A stretch of 56,221 nt of DNA from Guillardia theta CCMP2712 (lineage: Eukaryota > Protista > Cryptophyta). The DNA is taken from the NCBI RefSeq assembly GCF_000315625.1, contig NW_005434598.1:353647-409867 (forward strand), read 5' to 3'. Both the position numbers and the translations under genes were made by a program. The notes under the pieces were generated by a model that saw only the letters and a list, made by a program, of their open reading frames with translations, was not told where the DNA came from and made no database searches. The stretch's first letter is position 1; every line of letters starts with the position of its first letter. Shown in pieces: positions 40,101-49,199 of the stretch.

Positions 40101-43100
40101 CGGTTGGAAGGCCGCGAGGGCAGCAAGGAGCGCGACGGTTATCCTTGAGCTGTCGGGATGATCGGAGAAGCACGAGTTCCTTCCCAGGCCATCCAACACT
40201 CGCAGGGCAAGGAGCTGCTGCTGCTGCTGCAACTCCACCGTCGCTTCCTCATCCTCCTCTAAGATTTCGTGCAAGAGTATGCCAGCAGGGATGTTGTCCA
40301 CTATCCTCCCCCTGCTTTGCACATCTTCGAGCATGCTGCCCAGCGCCTGCATGGAGACCTTCTTCACCTACACTAGGCGGTCAACTCCTCCCCTCCCTTT
40401 ATCATGCTGCCTCCCCACTTCTCATGTTCCCCCACACCCTTGGCTTTCCCCCTCATCCTCCACCACCGCCATGGCAGCAACTTGCCTCCTCCTCTTCGCT
40501 CCTCGTCACGATGGCACACAAGCTATAGGCGACCGCAAGCATCTCGTCATGACCCATCACCTCTCGCTGACTCCTGGCGTCACCTGCAAGCTTCTTAAGC
40601 CCCTCCAACTCCCACTCCCCTCGCCCCGGCTCTCCCTACACCTTGGTCTCTCTTTCTCCTGGTCTCTTTTATTCCTCCTCTTCCCTCTTCCCATCTTCTC
40701 ACAATTTCTCCTTCTCCTCTTCGCTCATATGCTCCCCTACTCTCTCTTGCTCGTGGTCTCGCCCTCTCCTATGCTCTTTCTTCCCCTCTCCCCTGCTCGT
40801 CCTCAAGCTCGCCGATACCAAGCAGGACAGCGAGGAGCGTCACGGCGTCCGCTGTCGCCTCCATGTCTTGACCGGCAAAGGCCTCCGACAATCGCCAGAG
40901 CGACAGCCGCGAGGCGATGCCTGCCAACCGTTAGGGATAAAAGCGAGCTAGAGGTGAGCTAGAGGAGAGGTAGAGGAGAGGTAGAGGAGAGGTAGAGGAG
41001 AGGTAGAGGTGAGGTAGAGGTGAGGTAGAGGTGAGGTAGAGGTGAGGTAGAGGTGAGGTAGAGGTGAGGTAGAGGTGAGGTAGAGGTGAGTGAGGTAGAG
41101 GTGAGGTAGAGGTGAGGTAGAGGTGAGGTAGAGGTGAGGTAGAGGTGAGGTAGAGGTGAGGTAGAGGAGAGGTAGAGGTGAGGTAGAGGAGAGGTAGCGG
41201 TGAGGTAGAGGTGAGGTAGAGGTGAGGTAGAGGTGAGGTAGAGGTGAGGTAGAGGTGAGGTAGAGGTGAGGTAGAGGAGAGGTAGAGGTGAGGTAGAGGT
41301 GAGGTAGAGGTGAGGTAGAGGAGAGGTAGAGGTGAGGTAGAGGTGAGGTAGAGGTGAGGTAGAGGAGAGGTAGAGGTGAGGTAGAGGTAGAGGTAGAGGT
41401 AGAGGTAGAGGTAGAGGTAGAGGTGAGGTAGAGGTAGAGGTAGAGGTAGAGGTAGAGGTGAGGTAGAGGTGAGGTAGAGGTGAGGTAGAGGTGAGGTAGA
41501 GGTGAGGTAGAGGTGAGGTAGAGGTGAGGTAGAGGTGAGGTAGAGGTGAGGTAGAGCCGAGGTAGAGGTGAGGTAGAGCCGCGGTAGAGCTGAGGTAGAG
41601 GTGAGGTAGAGGAGAGGTAGAGGTGAGGTAGAGGTGAGGTAGAGGTGAGGTAGAGGTGAGGTAGAGGTGAGGTAGAGGTGAGGTAGAGGTGAGGTAGAGG
41701 TGAGGTAGAGGTGAGGTAGAGGAGAGGTAGAGGTGAGGTAGAGGTGAGGTAGAGGTGAGGTAGAGGAGAGGTAGAGGAGAGGTAGAGGAGAGGTAGAGGT
41801 GAGGTAGAGGAGAGGTAGAGGAGAGGTAGAGGTGAGGTAGAGGTGAGGTAGAGGTGAGGTAGAGGGGAGGTAGAGGTGAGGTAGAGGTGAGGTAGAGGAG
41901 AAGCCCAAAGAGAAGGGAAAGGGAACAAACGACCCAACCGAAGAAAAGCAGGTCAAACGCATGGGGCATCTCCTCACCCGATATCATCGTCGTCACGCCT
42001 TCACATCCGCATACAATTCTTGCATTCTCGGAATCTCCAGCAAGGTTCACCAGCGCTGTCATCCCCTCTGCACTCCCTTGGTCGTGTGCACTATCAACCT
42101 GTTACCACGTTAGACCTTCCGAAAGGTTGGTTGATCCGTCTACGCTTTCCTACATCCCTGATCTTCTCCTCCTTCGCTATATCCAACTCAGGCATCCTTG
42201 CAATCCTAACCATGTCCACTTCTCTCTCAAGTCTCGCTCTCCTCGCTTGTCTCCTCCCTGGCTACGCACCATCTCAGCAAGAGTCGAGAGGATGCGCGAG
42301 CGCTGGTCCGAGATGAGGATACGCCGCCTTCCCTCTTCACGTCTCGCAATGTTTCCAACAGCCGTCGCCGCGCTCACGGCGGCATGTGACGGAAACTTGG
42401 AGAGGAGGAGGGAGAGGGAGGGGAGAAGGCAATACTGGCAGCGAGAAGCTTTCTGGACGTGAGGGTCCTGCTCCTCGAGCTGCAGGAACAGTTGGAAGAT
42501 CTTTCTGCTGCAGAGAAGATTCGAGAGCGCAAGCACGGCAGACGAAGAGACGTCAGTGACCTCCCATCCCTCCAGCTCATCTGAGAGCAGGAACGTCCTG
42601 TAGGATGTCAGTATCAAGTTCCAACGTCGAGGGTGTTACGGGAAACAAGCAGAGGAGACAAGGAGAGGAGACAAGGAGAGGAGACAAGGAGAGAAGACAA
42701 GGAGAGGAGACAAGGAGAGAAGACAAGGAGAGAAGACAAGGAGAGGAGACAAGGAGAGAAGACAAGGAGAGAAGACAAGGAGAGAAGACAAGGAGAGGAG
42801 ACAAGGAGAGAAGACAAGGAGAGGAGACAAGGAGAGAAGACAAGGAGAGAAGACAAGGAGAGGAGACAAGGAGAGGAGACAAGGAGAGGAGACAAGGAGA
42901 GGAGACAAGGAGAGGCGACAAGGAGAGGAGACAAGAAGAGAAGACAAGGAGAGGAGACAAGGAGAGGAGACAAGGAGAGAAGACAAGGAGAGGAGACAAG
43001 GAGAGGAGACAAGGAGAGAAGACAAGGAGAGGAGACAAGGAGAGAAGACAAGGAGAGGAGACAAGGAGAGGAGACGAGGAGAGGAGACAAGGAGAGAAGA

Positions 43101-44206
43101 CAAGGAGAGAAGACAAGGAGAGGAGACAAGGAGAGGAGACGAGGAGATGAGACAAGGGGAGAAGGGGAGAGGAAGGCAGAAAAGACATGTCACTTGTACA
43201 GCAAGCGCATGCGACGGGGACGAGGGTCTCACAAGTCCAGGAGAAGTTGACGAGGGTCTTGTAAGTTTGCAATCATCCAGGCCCTTCCTTGTCGAGTCAT
43301 CGAGGTGTTGCAAAGCGCATCGAGAGCGAATTGACAGCAATTTCTTCTCATGTTTCTCGTCCAACCATCCCCCTCTCCTTCTTCCGCCCCGTTCTTCCCT
43401 TGGGATATCTGATTATTCTGCCTGCTTGCCTCACCCTGCTTGCTCTCCTCTTCCTCCGAAGCCTTGGTGCGATGTCTCATCATCTCATCATCTGCCATGA
43501 CGCGAACGGCGCGACAGAGGGTGAGTAGCAGCTGCTGGCTGTGAGGATGTTGCAGCATACACTCAATTCCCTCCATTTCACTGGTCAGCTCCTCTATTGC
43601 CATCACAGTCTCCAGTATCTCAGAGATCTCCAAATCTTCTGCTCTTCGAAAATTTGTTCCAACACTCTGAATCTGCTCAACCTGCTTCTCCTTGTCATCA
43701 TCGCTGTCATCGTCGGCAGCAGCAGCATCTGCCTCGCTTTCCTCTTCAAGATGGTCTTCATCCTCCTCTACATGGAAATACGGAGACGCTTTGCATCCGG
43801 TCTCAAACGTTGTCGGAGGATAGAAGGCTTCCTCTGCCCCCGCAATCTCCTCATTCACTTTGTCAAACCTTGTCGAGCTGAGCGCAACCTCCGATACTAC
43901 ATCAGCTTGCCAGCTCGACACTCCGGCAGTCTCATCAGCTAATGCGGAAAGGTTGGCTGCAAGATGAGAAGAGTCGAAGGATATTGAGCTGCACAACTCC
44001 TCCTCATTTTCATGCTTGTCCAGCACATGGCAGAAGAGGTCGCTCCCCTCATATTGGAAGTTGTTTAGGTCAGCGATGTCTCCCAGAGATAGAGCCCCCT
44101 GATCGTCCTCCCTGTCCCTGTCCCTGTCCCTCTCCGTCTCCTCCTCCTCCTCCTCCTCCTCCTCCTCCTCCTCCTCCTCCTCCTCCTCCTCTTTGCACCT
44201 CATCAC
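37127..44206 (-). CDS. Armadillo/HEAT-repeat protein with an acidic N-terminal region; multi-exon
   Basis: ARM-like helices: SSAVLALSNL, SAATAVGNIA, TALVNLAGDSENARIVCGCEGVTTMI, KAAETVARIS, AAYLLGVV. Several introns are expanded by tandem repeats. Confidence 0.7.
38780..38905. repeat. 20-bp tandem repeat (ACAARACAAACGAAATCACA) x ~6, intronic
   Basis: Directly visible. Confidence 0.9.
40950..41900. repeat. 11-bp minisatellite (GAGGTAGAGGT) of ~950 bp, intronic
   Basis: Directly visible; gives an 11-aa periodicity in the shadow ORFs. Confidence 0.97.
42650..43157. repeat. 13-bp minisatellite (GAGAGGAGACAAG variants) x ~38, intronic
   Basis: Directly visible. Confidence 0.95.
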
Positions 44207-44534
44207 CTCATACTTTTACATGAAGGCTATACTTGGACTCCCTTCAACTTTGCCCTGTCCCTCCATTGATGGATCGTACCTGCCTCCCTCCTGGTCTTCT
44301 GCAACTTCTGTCTTGTTTTCCTCTATGTCTCTCCTCCTCCCCCTCCTCTCTCTCTCCCCCTCCTCTCTCTCTCTCTCCTCCTATCTCTCTCCTAGTTTCT
44401 TGCTCAAATCACATCATGCTGCACAAAGTGGACCCGCCTCAATGTACTCACTGTGCGTCAGGCGGGCTGTGTCAGCCGCTAGCAGCTTAATATCACTTGA
44501 CTTATTTGACCGTATTACGTTGCATGATTTTGGT

Positions 44535-44610
44535 CACATGACATCTCTCACGTTCTACTTATTTGACCACATGACATCTCTCACGTTCTACTTATTTGAC
44601 CACATGACAC
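44535..44610. repeat. 33-bp tandem repeat (CACATGACATCTCTCACGTTCTACTTATTTGAC) x ~2.3
   Basis: Directly visible; an additional CTTATTTGACC partial copy sits at ~44501. Confidence 0.85.
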
Positions 44611-45223
44611 TTTTCCTTCGTGACTTTTTTGACGTATTACACTTTTCCTTCGTGAACAAACCATGAACAACTGCCCTGATAACTCTCTCACTTTCCCTTA
44701 TCATTCTCGTCAGCCTTTCACATGATTTCAGCAAGGGGGCGGGAAGGCATGGCGCAGCCTTGCCGCGGGAGCTTGCTCCCCCCTTGGTGACCAATGGCCG
44801 TTCTCCCTGTTCTTCCGTTCTGCCGTTATGCGGAGCACCCTACCGATGACCTGAACCGAATAAAAAGAAAAACAATCATCATTGATGAAACTCTGCCGTT
44901 CTGCACTGTGTCATTGTCCACCCGTGGCAGGTGTGGAGGGTGGAGGGTTTGATTTTGCTCCTCCTAAATTTTTTTGATTTTCCCCAATTCAACTTTCAAC
45001 CCTCCACACCCTCCAAACCTTCCACACCCTCCACACACCCCCTTTCTCTATTACCATTTCACTCTTATAATATATGTGGAAGGTTTGTGGATAGTTCTCT
45101 TTATTGTGGAGGGTTCAGTATGCTTATGCATGCCAACTATTAATCTTTCTAATAGTCTAAGCTCCATCCGAGTTTTCAATCGCTGTGTGCCACATGTCAC
45201 CTTATACATCAACCACTGAATCC

Positions 45224-46256
45224 TTACCTGCTCTCATCATACCTCAGCCTCTGTCCTCCTTTCGAGGCAGAGCGCAACTGGCGAGAAGAAGTAGAGCCCG
45301 GCGTTGTAATCTGGCCTGTATCGACGCGGTTCTTAATCTCAACAAGAGCTCTTTCGAGGTCTAGAGAGCTGAGCGTGATGCCTTTGCTCTCCATCTCCTT
45401 CAAAGCAGAGCGACAGAGATGATGAAAGATGATGCCATTGGCTGTCACATAAGTAACAATCAAAGGGATGATGTCCTCGTCTTTGTAAATGATGGTTGAC
45501 ATGGTCGTCGGGATATAATTCTGATAATCATTCTTAGCAAGGAAGAGCATCAACTTGAGAAAGAAAGCTCTATGCTTTCTTGAATTCTCTCTTACAAACC
45601 AGTTCCTCAGCCATGTTGGATGAATTTGCTGGCTGAAGTTCTTGACATTCTGGTCAGAAACTTTTTTGTTTACCTCTTCAACAAAGCTGAGATTATTTTC
45701 AGGAGTAAAAACCTCAGTGAAGTTGTAGTCAATCATTAACATCTCTTCTGGCTCATCATAGGCTGCTACAGGCCCAATGTTTGTTTTCCTCCTGCGTGAC
45801 CCAGCAGCCATTTGCTCTTCACTTGGAAGCTCGATAGCCTCCAGTTCACCCACGATTTCATCGACTTTGACTATGCTCATATCCAGCACTTGAATGAGGA
45901 TGCTCTTGAACTGAAGGGTGCTTTGTTTCTGAGCAAGCAGCTTCTGAATGACATGTCGCAGAGCAACAGAAGGCGGCGTTGAGTTGATGATGCTAACCTG
46001 ATTCATGCTGTGAGTAAGAGCTGTGAGAGTTGATGATGCTAACCTGATTCATGCTGTGAGTAAGAGCCGTGATGTCGTCAATATCATCACTGGCCGAAGG
46101 AGGGGCAGCCTGTGAAACTCTTGAACCAAAAGCAAACACTGCCTGCGAAGAAGATTGCGGTCCTGTATTGCCGAATCCTATAATGCCAGACAAGGCAGGG
46201 TTTGGGGTCCCTGTTGATGCTGCACCGGTATTACCGAAACCAGACGGCGCGGCCAT
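45224..46256 (-). CDS. Orphan protein (~328 aa if the 46-nt segment 45998-46043 is spliced out)
   Basis: ORFs 45993-46349 and 45224-46006 overlap across a 46-bp tandem duplication. Removing one unit joins MAAPSGFGN...MNQ|VSIINSTPP.. in frame. No domain was recognised. Confidence 0.6.
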
Positions 46257-46316
46257 GGGCAAAGGGGTCTGTGCTGCTGCCGCGCTCGTGCGAGGGGAAT
46301 GACTATTTTTTTCTGG

Positions 46317-46426
46317 GACGGGGTCATGCGGACATGCTGACGGGGTCATGCGGACATGCTGACGGGGTCATGCGGACATGCTGACGGGGTCATGCGGACA
46401 TGCTGACGGGGTCATGCGGACATGCT
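46317..46426. repeat. 22-bp perfect tandem repeat (GACGGGGTCATGCGGACATGCT) x 5
   Basis: Directly visible; the units are contiguous with no spacers. Confidence 0.95.
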
Positions 46427-46459
46427 GGCTTACGAGTTGAATAAAAACAATTGTTTGAA

Positions 46460-46748
46460 CTCTCCGCTATCGGATGGTCGGCCTGTGAGAAAAGGGCCCT
46501 CGGACCCGCGGATGTATGCGTGGGTTCGAGTCCTACTGGAGACAGTCCGGTTAGGGAGGGCACCCCTGACCGGCTGTCGAAGGGGGGGCTGGGTCCGGGC
46601 CTGAAGAGGCTAGCGAGTGCCCCGCTAGTCTTGGACGGAACGGACATCAGTGGCCTTATCCGATTCGTCGTCTGACGAACTTGTCTCTTCTCCACCAAGC
46701 CCCAAGCATCGCCGCGCCGTCTCTACTTGCAATAAACGTCAAAATTTT
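46460..46748 (+). ncRNA. Putative Pol III-type structured RNA / tRNA-derived element
   Basis: A-box-like TATCGGATGG (46468), a T-arm/B-box GTGGG-TTCGAGT-CCTAC (46520-46536), several nested GC-rich helices, and a first T4 run at 46745. Confidence 0.5.
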
Positions 46749-48905
46749 CCCTTCCAGAGACGGCGATTAAAGGGAGGATTTTTATTTTATCAAAAAAGTC
46801 AAAAAAGTGATATAAAGAGAAAATAAGGTTAATAAGTTAAAAAATATCTCCTAAATAATAAATGGCAAGAGAAAGAAAACAAACTCAACAATACAAGCCT
46901 GAGAATTTTAACAAGGTTCAGCCGAAACCAAAAAAACCGCCAACAAAAACAAATGAGCTGCCCACTGATGAGCCGATGCCAGCAATTGATATAATTGAAC
47001 CACGCCTACCTGTGCCACAAGATAATAATATTAAGGTTTCATCATCATATTCTAAAAAATACAGGTCACCAAAGGACTATAAAAAATTAAAGACTTTCAA
47101 TGATGAAATCACACAAGAATATACTAATGCTTTAAAAACAGTCAAATTCAATCGTTATGATGATAAGAAATATGAATTTACCATATTTGAAAAAGCAGAG
47201 CGTCTTGAGATGTCTATCAATTCAGAGATTAATGATAAAAACACAATAACGAGCAAAGTATATGCTCTAGATTATACTCCTAAACAATATGATGAATTAA
47301 AATATATTGTTAAACCATCTCTAGCTGATGTGAGAAATAATAGATTTGTTGGTGAGAAGAAAGACGATAAGAAGCTTGTTTCTAGTTTAAATGTTATTCT
47401 AAAAGAAGCCAAAGATTTAGAACTTGACCCTATTGATTTAACAAGTGTTCTTAGACATCACCGCCATATCATGTTAATCATGCTTAGATATATTGAAAGC
47501 AAAAAAGGTTCTCCCTATACATATTGGGATTACATAAGAGCATTAGCAAGGCTTGCTAAAATATCTCTTGGAGATGATGATGAACTTTATAAGAAATTAA
47601 GCAAAATATCTGATGATTTTGATAAGGCAGTTAATAAGCTCAATGTTGATGAAAAGAGAGTATTTGTTCCCTATTCTGTACTATTGGATATGGTCGGTGA
47701 AATGAAAAAGCAATTTGAGGATGCTTTAGCTAAATATGGCTCTAACAAAGAAGCCACTTATAAATTACATATGAATACATTGATATTAATGAGCTATTTA
47801 TATACTCCACCTGTTAGGTCAGAGTTATCTAATGTGGTATTTACAAATACATTAGAGGGACTTGATAAAAAAACCAATTATGTTTATGTTAGTGATAATG
47901 AAAATGAGGTGGCTATGTACATTTTCAACACTATACACAAGAAGCATCCACCTATTAAATATTATGTAGGATATCCAAATGGGGATGAACAAAATGACCC
48001 TTTGGCTAAGTTATTAACTAGTTTCATTAGATTAAGCATGAGGCTTTACCCTAGGAAGTATTATATTACACAATATAGGGATAGAAACGAGCCAGCAGGT
48101 AAGAACCAGGCCAAGTATCTTGCTAATATGTTTAATAAACAGAACCTAAATGTTAATGGATTTAGGAGCTCTTATGTTAGTTGGTTATATAGCAATAATG
48201 TTTCCACTAAGATTCTTGAACAGGTGGCTTTAAAGATGAGGTCCTCTTTAAGGTCTCAACAGTATTCATATAAAAAGGATAATGCTGAACAGATAAGAAT
48301 TAAAAAAGAACCTGTTGATGATTCTGTTCCAGTTACTATAAGTGATGTTAATGAACCTATACCACAAGCTGTTATAGCAAATATCGAAGCACCAAGACCT
48401 AGAGAAGTCAAAAATTACAAGGATATTGTCGAAGCTAATCGCCAACATCAAAGAAAATATGTTGAAAAGATTGGTAAAGATACTTATGCGCAGAAACAAA
48501 AAGAATATAGAGCAAACAATAAAGAAATACTTGCTTTAAGAAGAGTCTTGAAAAAGTATAACAACACAAATTACAAGCCAACAGAAAAATTTATTAACAA
48601 ATGGAAACTTTATAAACAAGATGGTCAATGGAGGTCAGAATTAGAATAAATGATATAAGACAAATAATTATACATCCACAATATAAAGATGTTTGATTGG
48701 AATTTTTATAAGTTTGTCTTAGAGCTTATCAAAGGTTACTTAGAGGAACAACTTGAAATTGCTTATATTAAAAAAGGTTTGAAACTATCACCAGCATATA
48801 ACCCTGATTTAGCTTTGCGGGCAGGCCCGGCGTGCGGCCAGCCCGGCCAGCCTCTGACTGCCAGCCGGGCTGAGGCCCGGCGTCACCAGTGTACTACGCC
48901 GACGG
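46740..48905 (+). mobile_element. AT-rich foreign island carrying the tyrosine recombinase ORF, with hairpins at both edges
   Basis: Abrupt compositional shift relative to the GC-balanced flanks, no introns, and inverted repeats at 46741-46782 and 48835-48901. Confidence 0.6.
46862..48649 (+). CDS. Tyrosine recombinase/integrase-like protein (virophage/PLV/NCLDV-type), intronless
   Basis: 595-aa uninterrupted AT-rich ORF. Catalytic-domain motifs occur in the expected order: YLYTPPVRSE (Arg I), a beta region ending HKKH (Lys), NVNGFRSSYVSW (Arg II), VALKMRSS, QQYSY (Tyr). Confidence 0.75.
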   Translation: MARERKQTQQYKPENFNKVQPKPKKPPTKTNELPTDEPMPAIDIIEPRLPVPQDNNIKVSSSYSKKYRSPKDYKKLKTFNDEITQEYTNALKTVKFNRYDDKKYEFTIFEKAERLEMSINSEINDKNTITSKVYALDYTPKQYDELKYIVKPSLADVRNNRFVGEKKDDKKLVSSLNVILKEAKDLELDPIDLTSVLRHHRHIMLIMLRYIESKKGSPYTYWDYIRALARLAKISLGDDDELYKKLSKISDDFDKAVNKLNVDEKRVFVPYSVLLDMVGEMKKQFEDALAKYGSNKEATYKLHMNTLILMSYLYTPPVRSELSNVVFTNTLEGLDKKTNYVYVSDNENEVAMYIFNTIHKKHPPIKYYVGYPNGDEQNDPLAKLLTSFIRLSMRLYPRKYYITQYRDRNEPAGKNQAKYLANMFNKQNLNVNGFRSSYVSWLYSNNVSTKILEQVALKMRSSLRSQQYSYKKDNAEQIRIKKEPVDDSVPVTISDVNEPIPQAVIANIEAPRPREVKNYKDIVEANRQHQRKYVEKIGKDTYAQKQKEYRANNKEILALRRVLKKYNNTNYKPTEKFINKWKLYKQDGQWRSELE

Positions 48906-49199
48906 TAGGTCCGATTCCGAAGTTCCTACTTTATTCTGCTTGAGGCACTGGCTGGGCCTGCTTTGTTCTGCTTGAGGCACTTTCTGTCTTACAGGCTCCC
49001 TGCTTTACCGTAGTACTGCTTCCACTATCAAGTAATCGCCGAAGTTATCCGACACTGACTCTCAGAGGGAGGCTGGGCCTGCTTTGTTCTGCTTGAGGCA
49101 TTTTTTACCTTCTGCGAGTAAAACTTCATATCCTGGGCACAGGAGCACGGTACCGCTCGAGGTGACGCATCCAGTCCTCCGAGGCTCCTCACTAGCCTG

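Noticed and set aside
40931-43364. Long ORFs with periodic Pro/Leu/Ser or Arg/Glu repeats
   Set aside because: They are translations of intronic 11- and 13-bp minisatellites that lack stop codons.
46317-46426. CRISPR-like array
   Set aside because: The units are contiguous with no unique spacers, no cas genes are present, and the context is eukaryotic.
46460-46544. Functional tRNA gene
   Set aside because: The T-arm is good, but the acceptor has only 6 bp and no canonical D or anticodon arm can be drawn.
46600-46645. Hammerhead ribozyme (CTGAAGA followed by a stem)
   Set aside because: The required GAAA after stem II and stems I/III are not present.
46485-46705. RNase MRP/P or SRP RNA
   Set aside because: Only a faint CR-I-like stretch is present. 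No matching CR-V/P4 partner and no SRP helix-8 motif were found by eye.
48914-48928. ATTCCGAAGTTCCTA resembles part of the yeast FRT site, just downstream of a tyrosine recombinase
   Set aside because: It is a single half-site with no inverted partner or 8-bp spacer, and the ORF is not Flp-like. Treated as coincidence.
48689-48943. Second gene of the YR island
   Set aside because: Only ~40 codons lie in the AT-rich part before running into the GC hairpins, and no motif supports it. It could be a truncated remnant.
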